This document shows positions 44,390 to 58,270 of a stretch of 64,000 nt of DNA, one piece after another. Under the pieces are notes generated by a model that saw only the letters and a program-made list of their open reading frames with translations, was not told where the DNA came from and made no database searches. How positions within the stretch are numbered: the first letter of the stretch is position 1; each line of letters opens with the position of its first letter. The stretch covers positions 62,001-126,000 of the forward strand of contig JAUCBJ010001088.1 of NCBI GenBank assembly GCA_032718475.1, written 5' to 3'. Origin of the DNA: Nemertoderma westbladi. Its lineage: Eukaryota; Animalia; Xenacoelomorpha. A program made the translations under genes and the position numbers.

Positions 44390-47050
44390 TACTGGGCAGT
44401 TACTTACTAACAGTTACTTACTGGGCGTCTGTAAGTTTTCTTGCTATCACCACCCAGGGTGACCTCAACCGTTCTGACTTTGCCGTCGGTCCCGGGATGG
44501 CATTTAACTATGCGTGCCATCTGCCTTACCAAGGTAACTAATACCAGATCGCCTGGCTGAAGGTTTCGCTGTTGTTTACCCCACTTCTGTCGCTTGTGGA
44601 GTGTTGGGATGTATTCATCTGTCCACTGCTTCCTATACTCGTCAGACAATACCTGTACTATTCGCCATGACTGTTTAGAGTACAGGTCGGATTTGTCCCA
44701 CGAACCCCGGTTCATTAACTGGGCTGGTCTTCTTAGTAATAAGTGAGAAGGTGTTAGTATCTCTAACGATGTTGGATCATCTTGAAGAGGGCACATGGGC
44801 CTACTATTCATGGCTCATTGTGCTTCTGCTAGGACTGTTCTTAGGACATCTTCGGTGACTATATGTTTCCTAAGTAGTGCAGTCATGAGTCTCTTTGTAA
44901 TACCAATAAGTCTTTCAACAAACCCTAGGATGTGAGTCGCATATGGTGTTCTCTTCTCCCACACAATGCCATCACTTCTCACGGCATTCATGACTTCCTT
45001 TGATTGGAAGGTACATCCTGCCTCTCGAAGCTGTTTTTCTGCCCCAATGAAATTTGTGCCATTATCTGATTACAGCTTCTTTATAGAACCTTGATGGTTG
45101 ATTAATCTGCGGAGTGCATTTATGAATGCGCTCGCAGATGCATCTACCGCTAGTTCTAACGCTATTGCTCGCGTGGCAATATTATGCCATAGCGGTTCTC
45201 ATGGTGGCGTTTGACTTTTATGGTGAGTGGGCCGAACATGTCAGTACCGGTGTATGAGAATGGTGGTTCATACCCTAGGGTTCTTTCCTTGGGTAGGGAT
45301 GCCATCAATTGGCTTTCCCTCTTCCTCTTTTGCTTGCGGCATGTTTGGCAGGTCCCCACCATAGATTTTATTTTCTTGCGTACGGCTGGTATCCAGAATG
45401 TACGACGCACCGATGTTAATGTCATATCAGTGCCGCCATGTAATGTCTGTGCTTGACAATCATTTATTATTTGGGTTACAATAGTCGATTTTCTCGGTAG
45501 TATTATTGGTTTCGATGGTACTAGTATACTTGAGGCATGTTGTACCCGTGAGTCCATCACTATTAATCCAGAGTCAGTGAGTTTGGGTCTCAGAGTTCTT
45601 ATGGAGCTCTCCGGCTGTACAGATTTCCCAGCTCTCAACCGTTTTATCTCCTCTGTGTATTTCTCTCGGTAGGACAATAGTGCCAATTGTCTAAGTTTGT
45701 GCCATCAGCTTGTGCCATTGCCGCCATCAGCTCTAACCTAGGTATTGTTGGCTTCTTGAGAGGGGCTGATCTCGCTTTACTGAATACAAGGCGAGGTAGC
45801 AGAGAACCTTCTCCTTTCTGTACTATGTATAACGCTGCACCATACCTTTTAGTAGATGCATCAGTGAATACATGGAGATCTAAGTTAGAGGCATCTCCAT
45901 TTTCAAAGTATGCCCATGGTATACTGAGTTTCGGTATTGCTGCCAAACTCTCCAGCCAAACACACCATTGTTTACTTATTGTGTCTGGAAGGACTTGGTC
46001 CCATGGGCACTTAAGGAGGTAAACATCCCTTAGGATTTGTTTGCCAACTACTATAACTGGTGCCACCAGACCCAGCGGGTCATACATTTTAGCTATGTTT
46101 GACAGCTCATAAACAAAACGGACCGTTTTGTGTGTTTGAATATATATTCTAATGCATCAGTCTCCCTGTTCCATGTGATGCCTAGGACTCGAGAATCAGC
46201 TTCCCGCTTTCGTTCTGTGAGTATGCTGTCTACACCGGTTGGCATCACACTGTTGTTTCGGCATAGTTGTTTTATGTCACTGCGTTCTAATTGGGGTTCA
46301 GATGATATGTATTGTGTATCCCCTGGTATCTCATTTTGGTTATTTTGTGGCCCAAATTGGGACGTTTTTTCTTTGGATTCCATAATATCGACAAACTCCT
46401 TGGAATTAGATTTGAACTTTTTAAGACGGAACCCTCCCCCCATTAGAATCTCTACGACTTGTGTCGCCGTTTTAACCATATCTGCCAAGGAGTTGCTTGA
46501 TACTAGTCCATCATCAACATAGAACCCCTTATGGATCATATCTATGACACTGGTGTCATAGATACCTCCCTTCCCTTCTGTGGATTGCCTAAGGCATTTT
46601 GTTGCCACATAGGGGGAGTCCTTTGTGCCGAAGATTTGGATAGTCATCTTGTACTTATCAGGTTCAATTGGTTTATCACCATCATAATATAGGAACCTGA
46701 GGCTCTCACTATCCTCGATGTACACGTTCACTTGATGGAACATTGCCTCGATGTCACATGAGAATGCCAAGGTTCCTTGTCGAAACCTGATTAGTACTTC
46801 AACACCGGTGTCTTAAATATTAGGGCCCTCTAAGAGGTAATCGTTCAATGACTTGCCCCTGTATTTAGCTGCTGCGTCATTTACTATGCACATTTTATTA
46901 CCCTTCTTTATGTCCACTGCCACATGTAAAGGTGTAGATACTATGTACGGGTGGAGTCTGGTACTCTTTGGTGCAGTTTAACTGCCCAGCCTTTGTCCAG
47001 GTATTTATTAATTGATTTCTGAACAAAGGCCCCTCTTTCGTTCCATGGCT
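44390..47050 (-). pseudogene. pol: Bel-Pao pol remnant (RT, RNase H, integrase, C-terminal domain), fragmented
   Basis: SLNDYLLEGP, DIEAMFHQV, FGTKDSP, FYVDD, YDPLGL, HVFTDAS, TIPRLEL, HGG..CQTC, TGTDMFGP, SDNGTNF, NSRP, LTPSHLL, RQKW, DGKVR. Confidence 0.92.
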
Positions 47051-48021
47051 TTAACTTTAATAACTAACATAATAATAATCATACTGATTTGTAAAAACTG
47101 ATTCGTAGATTGTAGTGAATGTCTAATACTGGTCTATATGTTGAGGTTTATGTTCACATTCATGTAAAATATATGTTTAATATAATCTCTTTACTTCGTA
47201 TCTCTTTCACTATTCAAAATATAATTATAGGCGGGGGATTATTATATATTTACCTAGAAATGTTAAGCATTACAGGCCGGACAAATCATTACAGGCCGGA
47301 CAAATCATTACAGGGCGGACTCGTTTTAAATGCCAAATATATTTTTTCAACTGCGCAAAAGTGTTTAACCATGATCCCCATGAAATTCCTGACATCAAGA
47401 GCTTTCAGAAAATATATGGGTTTACTATATTCTGGAGAAAAATTTTTTTGGAAAAATTTACACCCGTTTTGGCCTATTTTGGTGAGATGGGCCAGTCAGC
47501 GAAAACAATTTACAGAAGGAATAATCCTCGTGTTTACAATCGTAAAAAGGAGGTTCAACGCAAAAGGCGGCAGACAATAAGAGATAAACAAAAGATTAAA
47601 GTTGGCACGGATCCTAACTTTGCCCTTCTACAGAGACAGAAAAGAAATAGCGAACAAAAACGTTGGCGTGAAAAGAAAAATTAGTTTATTTTAATTTAAA
47701 ACATTAGGGGAAATAAGCTGAGCAAGTTATAGCGGCGGTGTTTTCTAATCAAAACGTATTTTCACTTTCAGTTAATTTGCTCTGGAGATCACCCTTTTCA
47801 CTTACGGTCAATTTGTACCACTATCCGGAAAGATCACCCATCCATGGTGGCATTCCCCGTTAATGATAATGAGTCTTGAGCATTCTTGGAATTAATCAAA
47901 TTGGATGTGTTTATTTAACAACAAATGATGATATTATCCAATCAGAACACAGGGAATTGAAGAGTTTGGAATTATTTACTGGCTTCTCGATCGGAGCAAA
48001 GACCAAACTCGACACTATATT

Positions 48022-48153
48022 GTAGAGTTTGGAAAAGGAATCCAAACACTACACCAGGAAAAGTAGAGTTTGGGAAAGTAATCCAAACACTACACCAGGA
48101 AAAGTAGAGTTTGGGAAAGGAATCCAAACACTACACCAGGAAAAGTAGAGTTT
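48022..48153. repeat. 41-bp hairpin-forming tandem repeat, ~3 copies
   Basis: actacaccaggaaaagtagagtttgggaaaggaatccaaac; same unit as 59601-60077. Confidence 0.9.
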
Positions 48154-48529
48154 GACTGCAATTTGACGTTTTTTGCCCATAATTTCTTAGCTTTTGAATA
48201 TCTTTATGTTTTATTGTCAGATTTGCAATCTGTGGAAAAATGCAATCAAAATATGATATATACTTTTACCAGTTTGAAAAAAAATATATTTTGACAGCTA
48301 CGATTTTTTTTTTTTTTCACTTTCTTCGGCTGAGACCTGCACTGTACGTAACTGATAATATAAAAGGCCAAAGTCGACAGGCAAAATTGGTTTAACCAAG
48401 TCGTGAAATGACCTCTATATCTACTGTATAACATACCATATTACAATATAAATAACATTTTACAGATGAATCAATAGTTAAGACCAGGCCTAGCCATGCA
48501 TTCGAAAAAAAAAAATATATAATATTATT

Positions 48530-51050
48530 TTCTTCCACTCTGTGTCATTAAGGAATGCCTGATTACCACCATGGGTGATCTTCCACAGTAAACCCTTCCA
48601 CTGTGTTTCCTAAAGGAATGCCTGTTCACCACTATGGGTGATCTTCCACAGTAAACCCTTCCACTTTGTTTCCTAAAGGAATGCCTGTTCACCACTGTGG
48701 GTGATCTTCCACAGTAAACCCTTCCACTCTGTTTCCTAAAGGAATGCCTGTTCACCACCATGGGTTATCTTTCACAGAAAACCCTTCCACTCTGTTTCCT
48801 AAAGGAATGCCTGTTCACCACTGTGGGTGATCTTCCACAGTAAACCCTTCCACTCTGTTTCCTAAAGGAATGCCTGTTCACCACAATGGGTTATCTTTCA
48901 CAGAAAACCCTTCCATTCTGTTTCCTAAAGGAATGCCTGTTTACCACCATGGGTGATCTTCCACAGTAAACCCTTCCACTCTGTTTCCTAAAGGAATGCC
49001 TGTTCACCACCATGGGTTATCTTTCACAGAAAACCCTTCCACTCTGTTTCCTAAAGGAATGCCTGTTCACCACTGTGGGTGATCTTCCACAGTAAACCCT
49101 TCCACTCTGTTTCCTAAAGGAATGCCTGTTCACCACAATGGGTTATCTTTCACAGAAAACCCTTCCACTTTTTTTCCTAAAGGAATGCCTGTTCACCACC
49201 ATGGGTGATCTTCCACAGTAAACCCTTCCACTGTGTTTCCTAAAGGAATGCCTGTTCACCATCATGGGTGATCTTCCACAGAAAACCCATCCATTCTGTT
49301 TCCTAAAGGAATGCCTGTTCAACCGTGGGTGATCTTCCACAGTAAACCCTTCCACTGTGTTTCCTAAAGGAATGCCTGTTCACCACTATGGGTTATCTTT
49401 CATAGAAAACCCTTCCATTCTGTTTCCTAAAGGAATGCCTGTTCACCACCATTGGTGATCTTTCCACAGTAACCCTTCCACTCTGTTTCCTAAAGGAATG
49501 CCTGTTCACCACCATGGGTTATCTTTCACAGAAAACCCTTCCACTCTGTTTCCTAAAGGAATGCATGTTCACCACTGTGGGTGATCTTCCACAGTAAACC
49601 CTTCCACTCTGTTTCCTAAAGGAATGCCTGTTCACCACAATGGGTTATCTTCCACAGAATACCCTTCCACTTTTTTTCCTAAAGGAATGCCTGTTCACCA
49701 CCATGGGTGATCTTCCACAGTAAACCCTTCCACTGTGTTTCCTAAAGGAATGCCTGTTCACCATCATGGGTGATCTTCCACAGAAAACCCTTCCATTCTG
49801 TTTCCTAAAGGAATGCCTGTTCAACCGTGGGTGATCTTCCACAGTAAACCCTTCCACTGTGTTTCCTAAAGGAATGCCTGTTCACCACTATGGGTTATCT
49901 TTCATAGAAAACCCTTCCATTCTGTTTCCTAAAGGAATGCCTGTTCACCACCATTGGTGATCTTTCCACAGTAACCCTTCCACTCTGTTTCCTAAAGTAA
50001 TGCCTGTTCACCAACATGGGTTATCTTTCACAGAAAACCCTTCCATTCTGTTTCCTAAAGGAATGCCTGTTCACCACCGTGGGTGATCTTCCACAGTAAA
50101 CCCTTCCATTCTGTTTTCTAAAGGAATGCCTGTTCACCACCGTGGGTGATCTTCCACAGTAAACCCTTCCACTGTGTTTCCTAAAGGAATGCCTGTTCAC
50201 CACCATGGGTTATCTTTCACAGAAAATCTTTCCACTCTGTTTCCTAAAGGAATGCCTGTTTAACACCATGGGTGATCTTCCACAGTAAACCCTTCCACTC
50301 TGTTTCCTAAAGGGATGCCTGTTCACCACTGTGGGTGATCTTCCACAGAAAATCTTTCTACTGTGTTTCCTAAAGGAATGCCTGTTCACCATCAATTGGT
50401 GATCTTCCACAGTAAACCTTTCCACTCTGTTTCCTAAAGCAATGCCTGTTCACCATCATGGGTGATCTTCCACAGAAAACCCTTCCATTCTGTTTCCTAA
50501 AGGAATGCCTGTTCACCACCGTGGGTGATCTTCCACAGTAAACCCTTTCACTGTGTTTCCTAAAGGAATGCCTGTTCACCACCATGGGTTATCTTTCATA
50601 GAAAACCCTTCCATTCTGTTTCCTAAAGGAATGCCTGTTCACCACCATTGTTGATCTTTCCACAGTAACCCTGCCACTCTGTTTCCTAAAGGAATGCCTG
50701 TTCACCATCATGGGTTATCTTTCACAGAAAACCCTTCCATTCTGTTTCCTAAAGGAATGCCTGTTCACCACCGTGGGTGATCTTCCACAGTAAACCCTTC
50801 CATTCTGTTTCCTAAAGGAATGCCTGTCCACCACTGTGGGTGATCTTCCACAGTAAACCCTTCCACTCTGTTTCCTAAAGGAATGCCTGTTCACCACCAT
50901 GGGTTATCTTTCACAGAAAACCCTTCCACTCTGTTTCCTAAAGGAATGCCTGTTCACCACTGTGGGTGATCTTCCACAGTAAACCCTTCCACTCTGTTTC
51001 CTAAAGGAATGCCTGTTCACCACAATGGCTTATCTTTCACAGAAAACCTT
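48530..51050. repeat. 63-bp satellite, ~40 copies
   Basis: tgtttcctaaaggaatgcctgttcaccaccatgggtgatcttccacagtaaacccttccactc, in two interleaved variants. Confidence 0.97.
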
Positions 51051-52029
51051 TTTCCTATCACATTTTTAGGATTTTGACCTATCACAGATCTACTGAACTG
51101 AATTTCCTATATGTATGCTCATTCTCTGTGGTGGGTGGAAGCCTTTGTAAATAAGGTTATTCTTATCAGTTTTTCAGTGTTGTTGGTGATTCTAAGCCAG
51201 GAAGAACGGCTTTAGAGTATTTTGTGCTTTTCTGCTTTAGCCTTACACTAGTAGGCTTAATTATAAGGACATATATCCGTTATCTGATTGTCTTAACTCA
51301 AAACAAACTGGTTAATTGGCCCATACTGTGCAACTTAACTTAACATTACTGCTTTGCTGTCGGTTATTCATTATATTTGTGGATGAATTATTATATTTGG
51401 AATAACGAGAAATAACCCCGAAACCCAATATTCTTGATATACCGAAGGTAAGAGAGAAAGGTTACAGATAAACGATTGTGACTTATGTTAAAGTGGTTTG
51501 AAGTGAATCTAATGTTATTTGATAGACCCTACATGATTCGGTCCGTGTTCCTTTTATATGTGACTAAAATCAGTGAAGATCGGCAGATCAGTGTGCAGTA
51601 TTGTGCGGCATTGTGTATGAGTGAGACTGATAACGAAGCATTTCCTAAAGAATGCGCCATATATGTGAATTGTAACTAAGCCATATCGTTGTGAGTAGTT
51701 TAAGTCATAACTCTGTTTATATGGATAGAGCGCCACGTCCTAAAGGAACTGTTAATATTCCCCGAAGGTGAATAATATTGTCAGAGATTATATAATACTG
51801 TCAGTCGAATAATACATTAGGCTTACATAGCAATAAGATTAAGCCGTCGAAGTCAATCTCCCGGGTATATCCAACGGGTGAATGATCGCGCACAGATTGG
51901 TTTCAACTAGTGTAGTGAATCAAATACTTGTCAGAGGCTAAAGCGATTTATTATCTAGAAGACATCCTAATTTGGCGGGTTAAACTGCCAAAGGTCTGAA
52001 AGCGCGAACAAACAATCTTCCTGCACAGT

Positions 52030-53110
52030 ATACATCGACCTAACAAAAGATTTTGATACATTAAATTTATCAATATTATTAAAGAAACTCGAAGCCTATG
52101 GGATAAGAGTTTAAGTGGCACTTAAACTTTAGATAGCTTTCTTACTTCCACAAATCATTTTGTACAATTAGGTCAAATTATATCCTCACTGTGGGGTTAC
52201 TCAAGGTTCTATTATCTCACGAACTTTATTTTTACTCTATATCAACGACCTCCCTAACTCTACCTAACTATTCACTACTTTGTTCGCTGATGATACCACA
52301 CCCTTCTACTTTCTGATAAACTTGCACCTAACCTTATCTCGGAATTTAATCTAGAACTTACTAAGATATCTAACTGGCTAACTGATAACAGTCTAACATT
52401 AAACCTAACCAAGACAGAAGCTACATTCTTCTCTAACACACATAATGTGTGTGACCTTCCTAACCTATACATAAACTCTAAAGCTATAAAATATACCGAT
52501 AGCAGCAAAATACTTGGAGTTTAGAGACAAAAATTTATCGTGGAAAACTCATACCAACTACGTTCTTAAAAAAATATCAAAATCTGCAGGTATATTTTAT
52601 AAACTTAGATATTTTATCTTTCCTTCACATATTCTACGGCAACTGTACTACTCACTAGCTCATCCTTATCTACAGTGCGGCATCACTCTCTGGGGCGGGA
52701 CCTACTCTACTACTCTCCATCCAATCCGTGTTAAGATCAACAAAATTATCCGATGCATTACCTATAATCACAACCAATCGTCCTCCGCTCCAATATACAA
52801 ATCATTACGTATTCTTCCACTCCATTTACTTTATAAACACCAGATAGGTAAATATATGTATGAACTCTATTAAAAAAACTACAGATCTTACCCCAGAAAT
52901 AAGAAACTTTTTCACCTTATACTCGACCGTTCATAACCACGCAACCCGGTTGGTAGCCAGAGCCAACTACAGGGTTCCTTTGGTTAGACTGAACACCAGC
53001 CAGCACTCCCTGAGTTTTCAAGGCCCATCCATCTGGAATTCAATTCCAACTTCTTTCAAAAAAAAAAACTAAAATAACTTTCTCTAAACATTTAGAAGCT
53101 CATCTATTTA
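52030..53110 (+). pseudogene. Decayed CR1/L2-type LINE ORF2, 3' part (RT to C-terminus)
   Basis: YIDLTKDFDTL, QGSI, YINDLP, LFADDT, LSWKTH, LYYSLAHPYL, FQGPSIWNSIP; probably the continuation of 40700-42168. Confidence 0.8.
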
Positions 53111-53679
53111 ATTCAAATTGGCGACGACTTTGACACGTTAAACTTCTTTTACGAAAATAAAGTATTTTCATTCTTAAATTGTTACTCTTCCCCTCAAATT
53201 TACACCAAAATCGGGAGAAAAAGGAGTAACCAATAGCATTGCATTGATTTTACTTTTTTCCCGGTGGAAAAAGTAAAGTTAAATAAAATATTTTTTTTCT
53301 TATATCGTATTCTTATTTTTAACTATTGTTATTTGTCGTTTAATAAAATATATTTTACTTAAATAATAATTAGTTTTTAGTTAAATACCCCATGGGTTTC
53401 CGACCTTACGTTGACCCAACTAATTACGAGGACCCTGGACTCGCCGTTAAATAATTCGCTGCTGAATTCGACGCTGCCAAGAATATTGTAGTTGAATGTA
53501 CTGTACAATCGGTGCAGGTGAATTATATTATATTTAGTGTAAAATACGGATATAGTAGGAGGGATATAAAGTTACAGAATTTTTCAATTTCAATTTATTA
53601 GCCTTAAAACTTCAGTCAGCTATTAGTATACTAAATACACCGTAACTGATAATTAAAAAGGCCAAATGTTTAGAACAAA

Positions 53680-56600
53680 TGTATAATGTAATGTAATATG
53701 ACTAATATGCTATTTATACAGTATAAGTTTAATATATACACTAAAGTTAATGGTTAAAACCAGGCCTAGACATACATACAGATATAATACATACAGGAGA
53801 GGGTAAGTGTTCATCACACAGATGTGCCTGCCTACGGTAAGATTTCCATTCATACATACAGTACACACTACATACAAACATAGACCATACAAACACAGAC
53901 AAAGCTAAGTACTAGCACAATGGTAGGCGTATCTGACAAGGGAGAGCGCAATATAATAATGTGTAATGTGTGATTTTATAATATATTTGAGTTATTTTTT
54001 TGTTGCTAGGTGATGGCTGACCTGTCGTATTGTTCCATGAAATGTTTTTTGAATTGTGGGATGAAGTTATTATTGCGAATTTTATCACGTACGACTTTTC
54101 TTAATCTATTCCATGTGCGACTGCAGGCGACAAAGAATGAGTATGTACCATACTTGTTATTTGTCTTTGGTATCTTGATTGTGTTTGTGCGTACATTTAG
54201 TAATTTATTATTATTTAGTAATTGTGAAAGGAATGGTAGTTTTAGGTTTTGGAATGGCGCGATTTGATTTGTAACATATTTGTAGAGGTAATTGAGTGCG
54301 TGGTATTCCCGTAGTGCATTCAGGTGTGGTAATTTGGCTAATTTTCTAAGTTGAGTACCTGTCATGTCTCGTATATTTTGTTATAAACTAATCGCAGGGC
54401 ATAGTTCTGTATTTTGTCCATTTTATATAATTTTCCTTTGTATCCGTGTTTGTCATGAAAGGGTGTAAATAGTGCACTGCAGTAATTGTGGTAAGGCATG
54501 ACCAATGTCTTGTAGAGCATTAATTTTGTTGATGTGGGAAGCTGACCCTTAATTTGGCGTAACCTGGATGTTGCTGCTGACATTTTGTGTGATGTGGCAT
54601 CGATTTGGTTTTCACATGTTAGATTATTGTTGATTATAATTCCTAAGTATGTAATTTCCGACGATTGCGCAATAATCTTATTATGTAGTGTGGGACTATA
54701 ATTGTTTGTTTCTGAGGTTCTTTTTGTAGGTGATAAGAGCATAAGTTCTGTTTTGTTTGTGTTTATTTGCATGCATAGTGATCCTAATATATTTTCAATG
54801 TTTAATATTTGCTCATTAAGGAGCTTTATCGCAGTGGCTGGGCTTTTATCTGAGCAGTATACTAGTGTGTCATCAGCGTATTGTATTGTCTCAAGATTAA
54901 TCTGCTCAGCAATATCATTCACGTATATTAAGAAGAATAGTGGTCCCAATTTTGTTCCCTGTGGAATGCCCCTATTACAAATGGACCACTCTGAGAATAT
55001 GTTCTGGAGCTTCACGGCCTGCGGACGGTTGCTCAGGTAGCTCTTGATTAGTTTCGATGCATCAGATTGGAAACCAATTTCATCCAGCTTTGTTAATAGG
55101 ATGGAGTGATGTAATGAATTGAATGCCTTGGATAGGTCTAACACACCAATTGCTACATACTTGTTATTATCTAATTCCCACCTCCATTATTCGGTTGCGT
55201 AAATGACCGCATCCATTGTACTGTATCCCTTTCTGAAACCAAATTGTTTATTTTGTAATATTTTATTATTATTTAGGTAGTTCATGATTTGTTTGTATAG
55301 AATTGTTTCAAAGATTCGTTCTAGTGTGGTGGTGACTGATATTGGTCTGTAGTTTGTTGCGTCTTCCCTATCACCCTTTTTAAATACTGGTGTTATATAT
55401 GTGGACTTTAGTTTGTCTGGGAAAATACTTTTTGTCAAACATGGAATAATGGTATGAGTAAGCGGCGTTAGTATGATAGGGGCAATAAGCTTAATTGTTT
55501 TCGGTGAAAATATGGATGGGCCATTTGGCTTATTTGTATCAATTTTTGTAATTATCTCATATATGTCTAATTTTGATATATTAGTGAAACTGAAACTAGA
55601 TTTAGCTATTTTTTTTTAATTTTTATATGTCCCTCGCGATGGAAAATTCCCCAATCCTAAGTATGCGTCGTTCAATATGTTGGCTATTGGAATTGATTCG
55701 TATATAAGTTTCTTAGTAACAGTGTTGAATAATGCAATAATTTTCCCCTCCTCTTGTTTGTTCCTATTTGTTATTTTATTTATGACGGTCCATTTCTCTT
55801 TTGCATTTTTGGCGCCATTAAATTTTGATTTCACGTATTGGTTTTTTAGGTTTTTGTTTAGCGTGTTAAATTTATTTCTTGTTAGTTTAAAATCGTTGTA
55901 ATCAGATTCTTTTTTTGAATGTCTCCACAGTATACGTTTTTTCTGTTTTTCTAAGTTTAATGATACTATTTCGTGTGTCCACCACGGCGCCATTTTATTT
56001 TTATCTTTGGTTTTGTTGTATTTCTTTGTTATTATGGGGATATGTTTGTTGTGGGGCGAGCCACGAAGTGAGTGAGCCTTAGCGTAGTGGTACCATTAAT
56101 CAACCTGTCGTTCTGTCGTTCTGTCGTTCTGTCGTTCTGTCGTTCTGTCGTTCTGTCGTGTTCAATTTTAAACGTTAATAACTCGGCCAATCTTTGATGA
56201 AATCTATCCAAACTTGGTACACATGTTGTTTGGCAAAAGTTTAGAAATTTTCCAAGTAGAATTTCCGTGTGGCCTTCGAGAAGCTAAGATAATAGCAGTT
56301 AATTAGTTAATTAAGTTGATTGCGGTGAAAACGCCATTTTCAACCTGCCTTTTAAAGGAAATTAATTGTTTTACAGTATAAGATTTAAATAATTATACTT
56401 AAAAATTATACAGATATAATCCCCATACGTCATTCTATTATAGTTTTTAATTAGTTTAAGTGATTTGCTTTAATAAATGTGTCTTTAATTGATCTAAACG
56501 TAATTAAACCGCACAATTATTGAGTACAAATTTAATCCTTCCCATTATTCGATGAAAAAATTCTGGGTTGGAGCAAGTTAAATATTATTATTAGTAAATC

Positions 56601-58270
56601 TCAAATATATTTCGGTAGCTCAGCGCTATCATTATCAATAAATTACTTACAAATTCTAATCTAATATAAATTGCAGAAATTGACTACCGTAACGTACTGT
56701 TGAAGATTGCACAAAAAACAGAATAAATTTTGTAACCAAAATTAGAAACATATGCTACTATATACATACGCTACACATACATCTTACATACAACCCATTA
56801 TTTACTTCCCATTATTGGTCAAGTCTCTGCTGGTGTGGAGCTAGCTGCTGGGAGTTGTGGCTGTAGACTAACCTGAGAGGAATTGTAATAGAGGCAACCA
56901 GTATTGCTATTCCAGCCCAATCACTGAATTGTGTTTATTATAGGCTGGACGGGCCGCATAACCGTTCGACTATTACTACTATTGCTATCTCAGTTAAATG
57001 ACAGATATAATAACATAAATACAATCCATGGCATGGCTGTTGTAGGCTTCTGAAATAGTTTATTCCACAATGTATATGTCTGGTTATTTTTTAATTGAAT
57101 TTTTGCAAAGTAGTAAAATTAATGTTCTTAAAAATAATATTATTATTTTATATGTAACCTAGGAAATTAGCAACATTTTTTCGCTGCAGCTTTAAGAGTG
57201 TACATTGATTTAATATTATTTCAATACCCATATTACTACATCGGCATAAGATGCGTTGGCGTTGTATCACACATCTCCACATATCACACATCTCCACATA
57301 GATGTATCAACAGTTACTCGCACAGTTTCGAAACTTCGCATAGTTATAACTGTATAAAGATCGTCAGTCTGCGTTTAGGAAAAATATTTTATGACAAAAC
57401 AGGACAAGCGACGAGCGCAACGAGGCATATAATGAAGACGAGTACTGCGTTGACTAAATTATTATATAAACCACCTGGCTTCACATATTGATCGCATCCC
57501 TAGTTATTATTATTATAAAGATCGTCCTAGCTTGCGTTTAAGAAATATATTTAAATACAAAACAGGACGAACGCAAAGAGGCTTATAATGAAAACGAGTA
57601 CTGCGTTTATTATATTCCTATAAACCACCTGGCTTTGCATATTTAACGTGCGATTGGAAATAAGTTCGTGCTACCCTTCCGTGGGTGGTAGATGTCGCGG
57701 TTATGTATTGGTGGTTGGGAAGGGTGGGGGGGGGGGGGGGGGTGCAGATTAAAAGGGGTGAACACGTACTGTCCACCTTTCTTTGATTGATTGGTGGTGT
57801 GGGTAAATTTCTCAAAACCTGATTTTGTGATACAGTCGCTGCATTTTAATTTGTATATAATAACTAGGCCTCGTGCTGCGCGAAGTCCCCACGAACGTGT
57901 ATAATTGTTCAATTTTCTCCTCAAAATGGTTTTACGCTACATTGACATCAGTTTCTTGGTATCCATATAATTTTGCTTGCATCGCTTATGAATAATTTCT
58001 CATTTAAGTTTTTGTAGTCTCGGTATGTGATATTTACTGGTTTCTTCTGTTTTTTGGTTTGTGTGGTGTTCGAATTGGTTTTCAGCTGTGTGGTTAATAC
58101 TATGATTTCGTGATCAGAGAAATCTGATGGGAATGTATTACATTCTTTGGATATGTTTATATTTGATGTGATGAATAGATCGATCAGAGAACTACTTTTT
58201 GGTGTATATCTTGTTGGGTGTTCAGTGGCAAGTTCAGTAGCAATAGCGTATCCCAGTAATATATTATGTC
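53680..58270 (-). pseudogene. Decayed CR1/L2-group LINE ORF2 with 3' UTR, split by a HINE
   Basis: PTRYTPKSSSLIDLF, APWWT, NYRPIS, QFGFRKG, DLSKAF, GIPQGTKLGP, QYADD, YLG, WNRL; (TTACA)n-like tail near 53685. Confidence 0.85.
56050..57897 (+). mobile_element. Helentron-associated interspersed element (HINE/DINE-1-like)
   Basis: Removing it restores the LINE frame (EQLY-N-KHIP) at a T|T site (boundary ambiguous by up to 3 bp). gtgggg...ccccac subterminal IR, (CTGTCGTT)n microsatellite near the 5' end, ccaaacttggtacac core. Confidence 0.75.

Noticed and set aside
2722-47050. Gag element (left) and pol remnant (44390-47050) as two halves of one Bel-Pao
   Set aside because: Their overlapping motifs differ (QWRHCPEMIN vs NWHYCPTERN; different C-termini) and the order on the minus strand is wrong.
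47119-47684. Overlapping 153-aa and 107-aa ORFs
   Set aside because: No recognisable motif or splice support; adjacent 18-bp repeats suggest a TE interior.
48525-50900. Repetitive VVNRHSFRKQSGRVYCGRSP ORFs
   Set aside because: Translation of the 63-bp satellite; frequent stops and a SINE-like origin.
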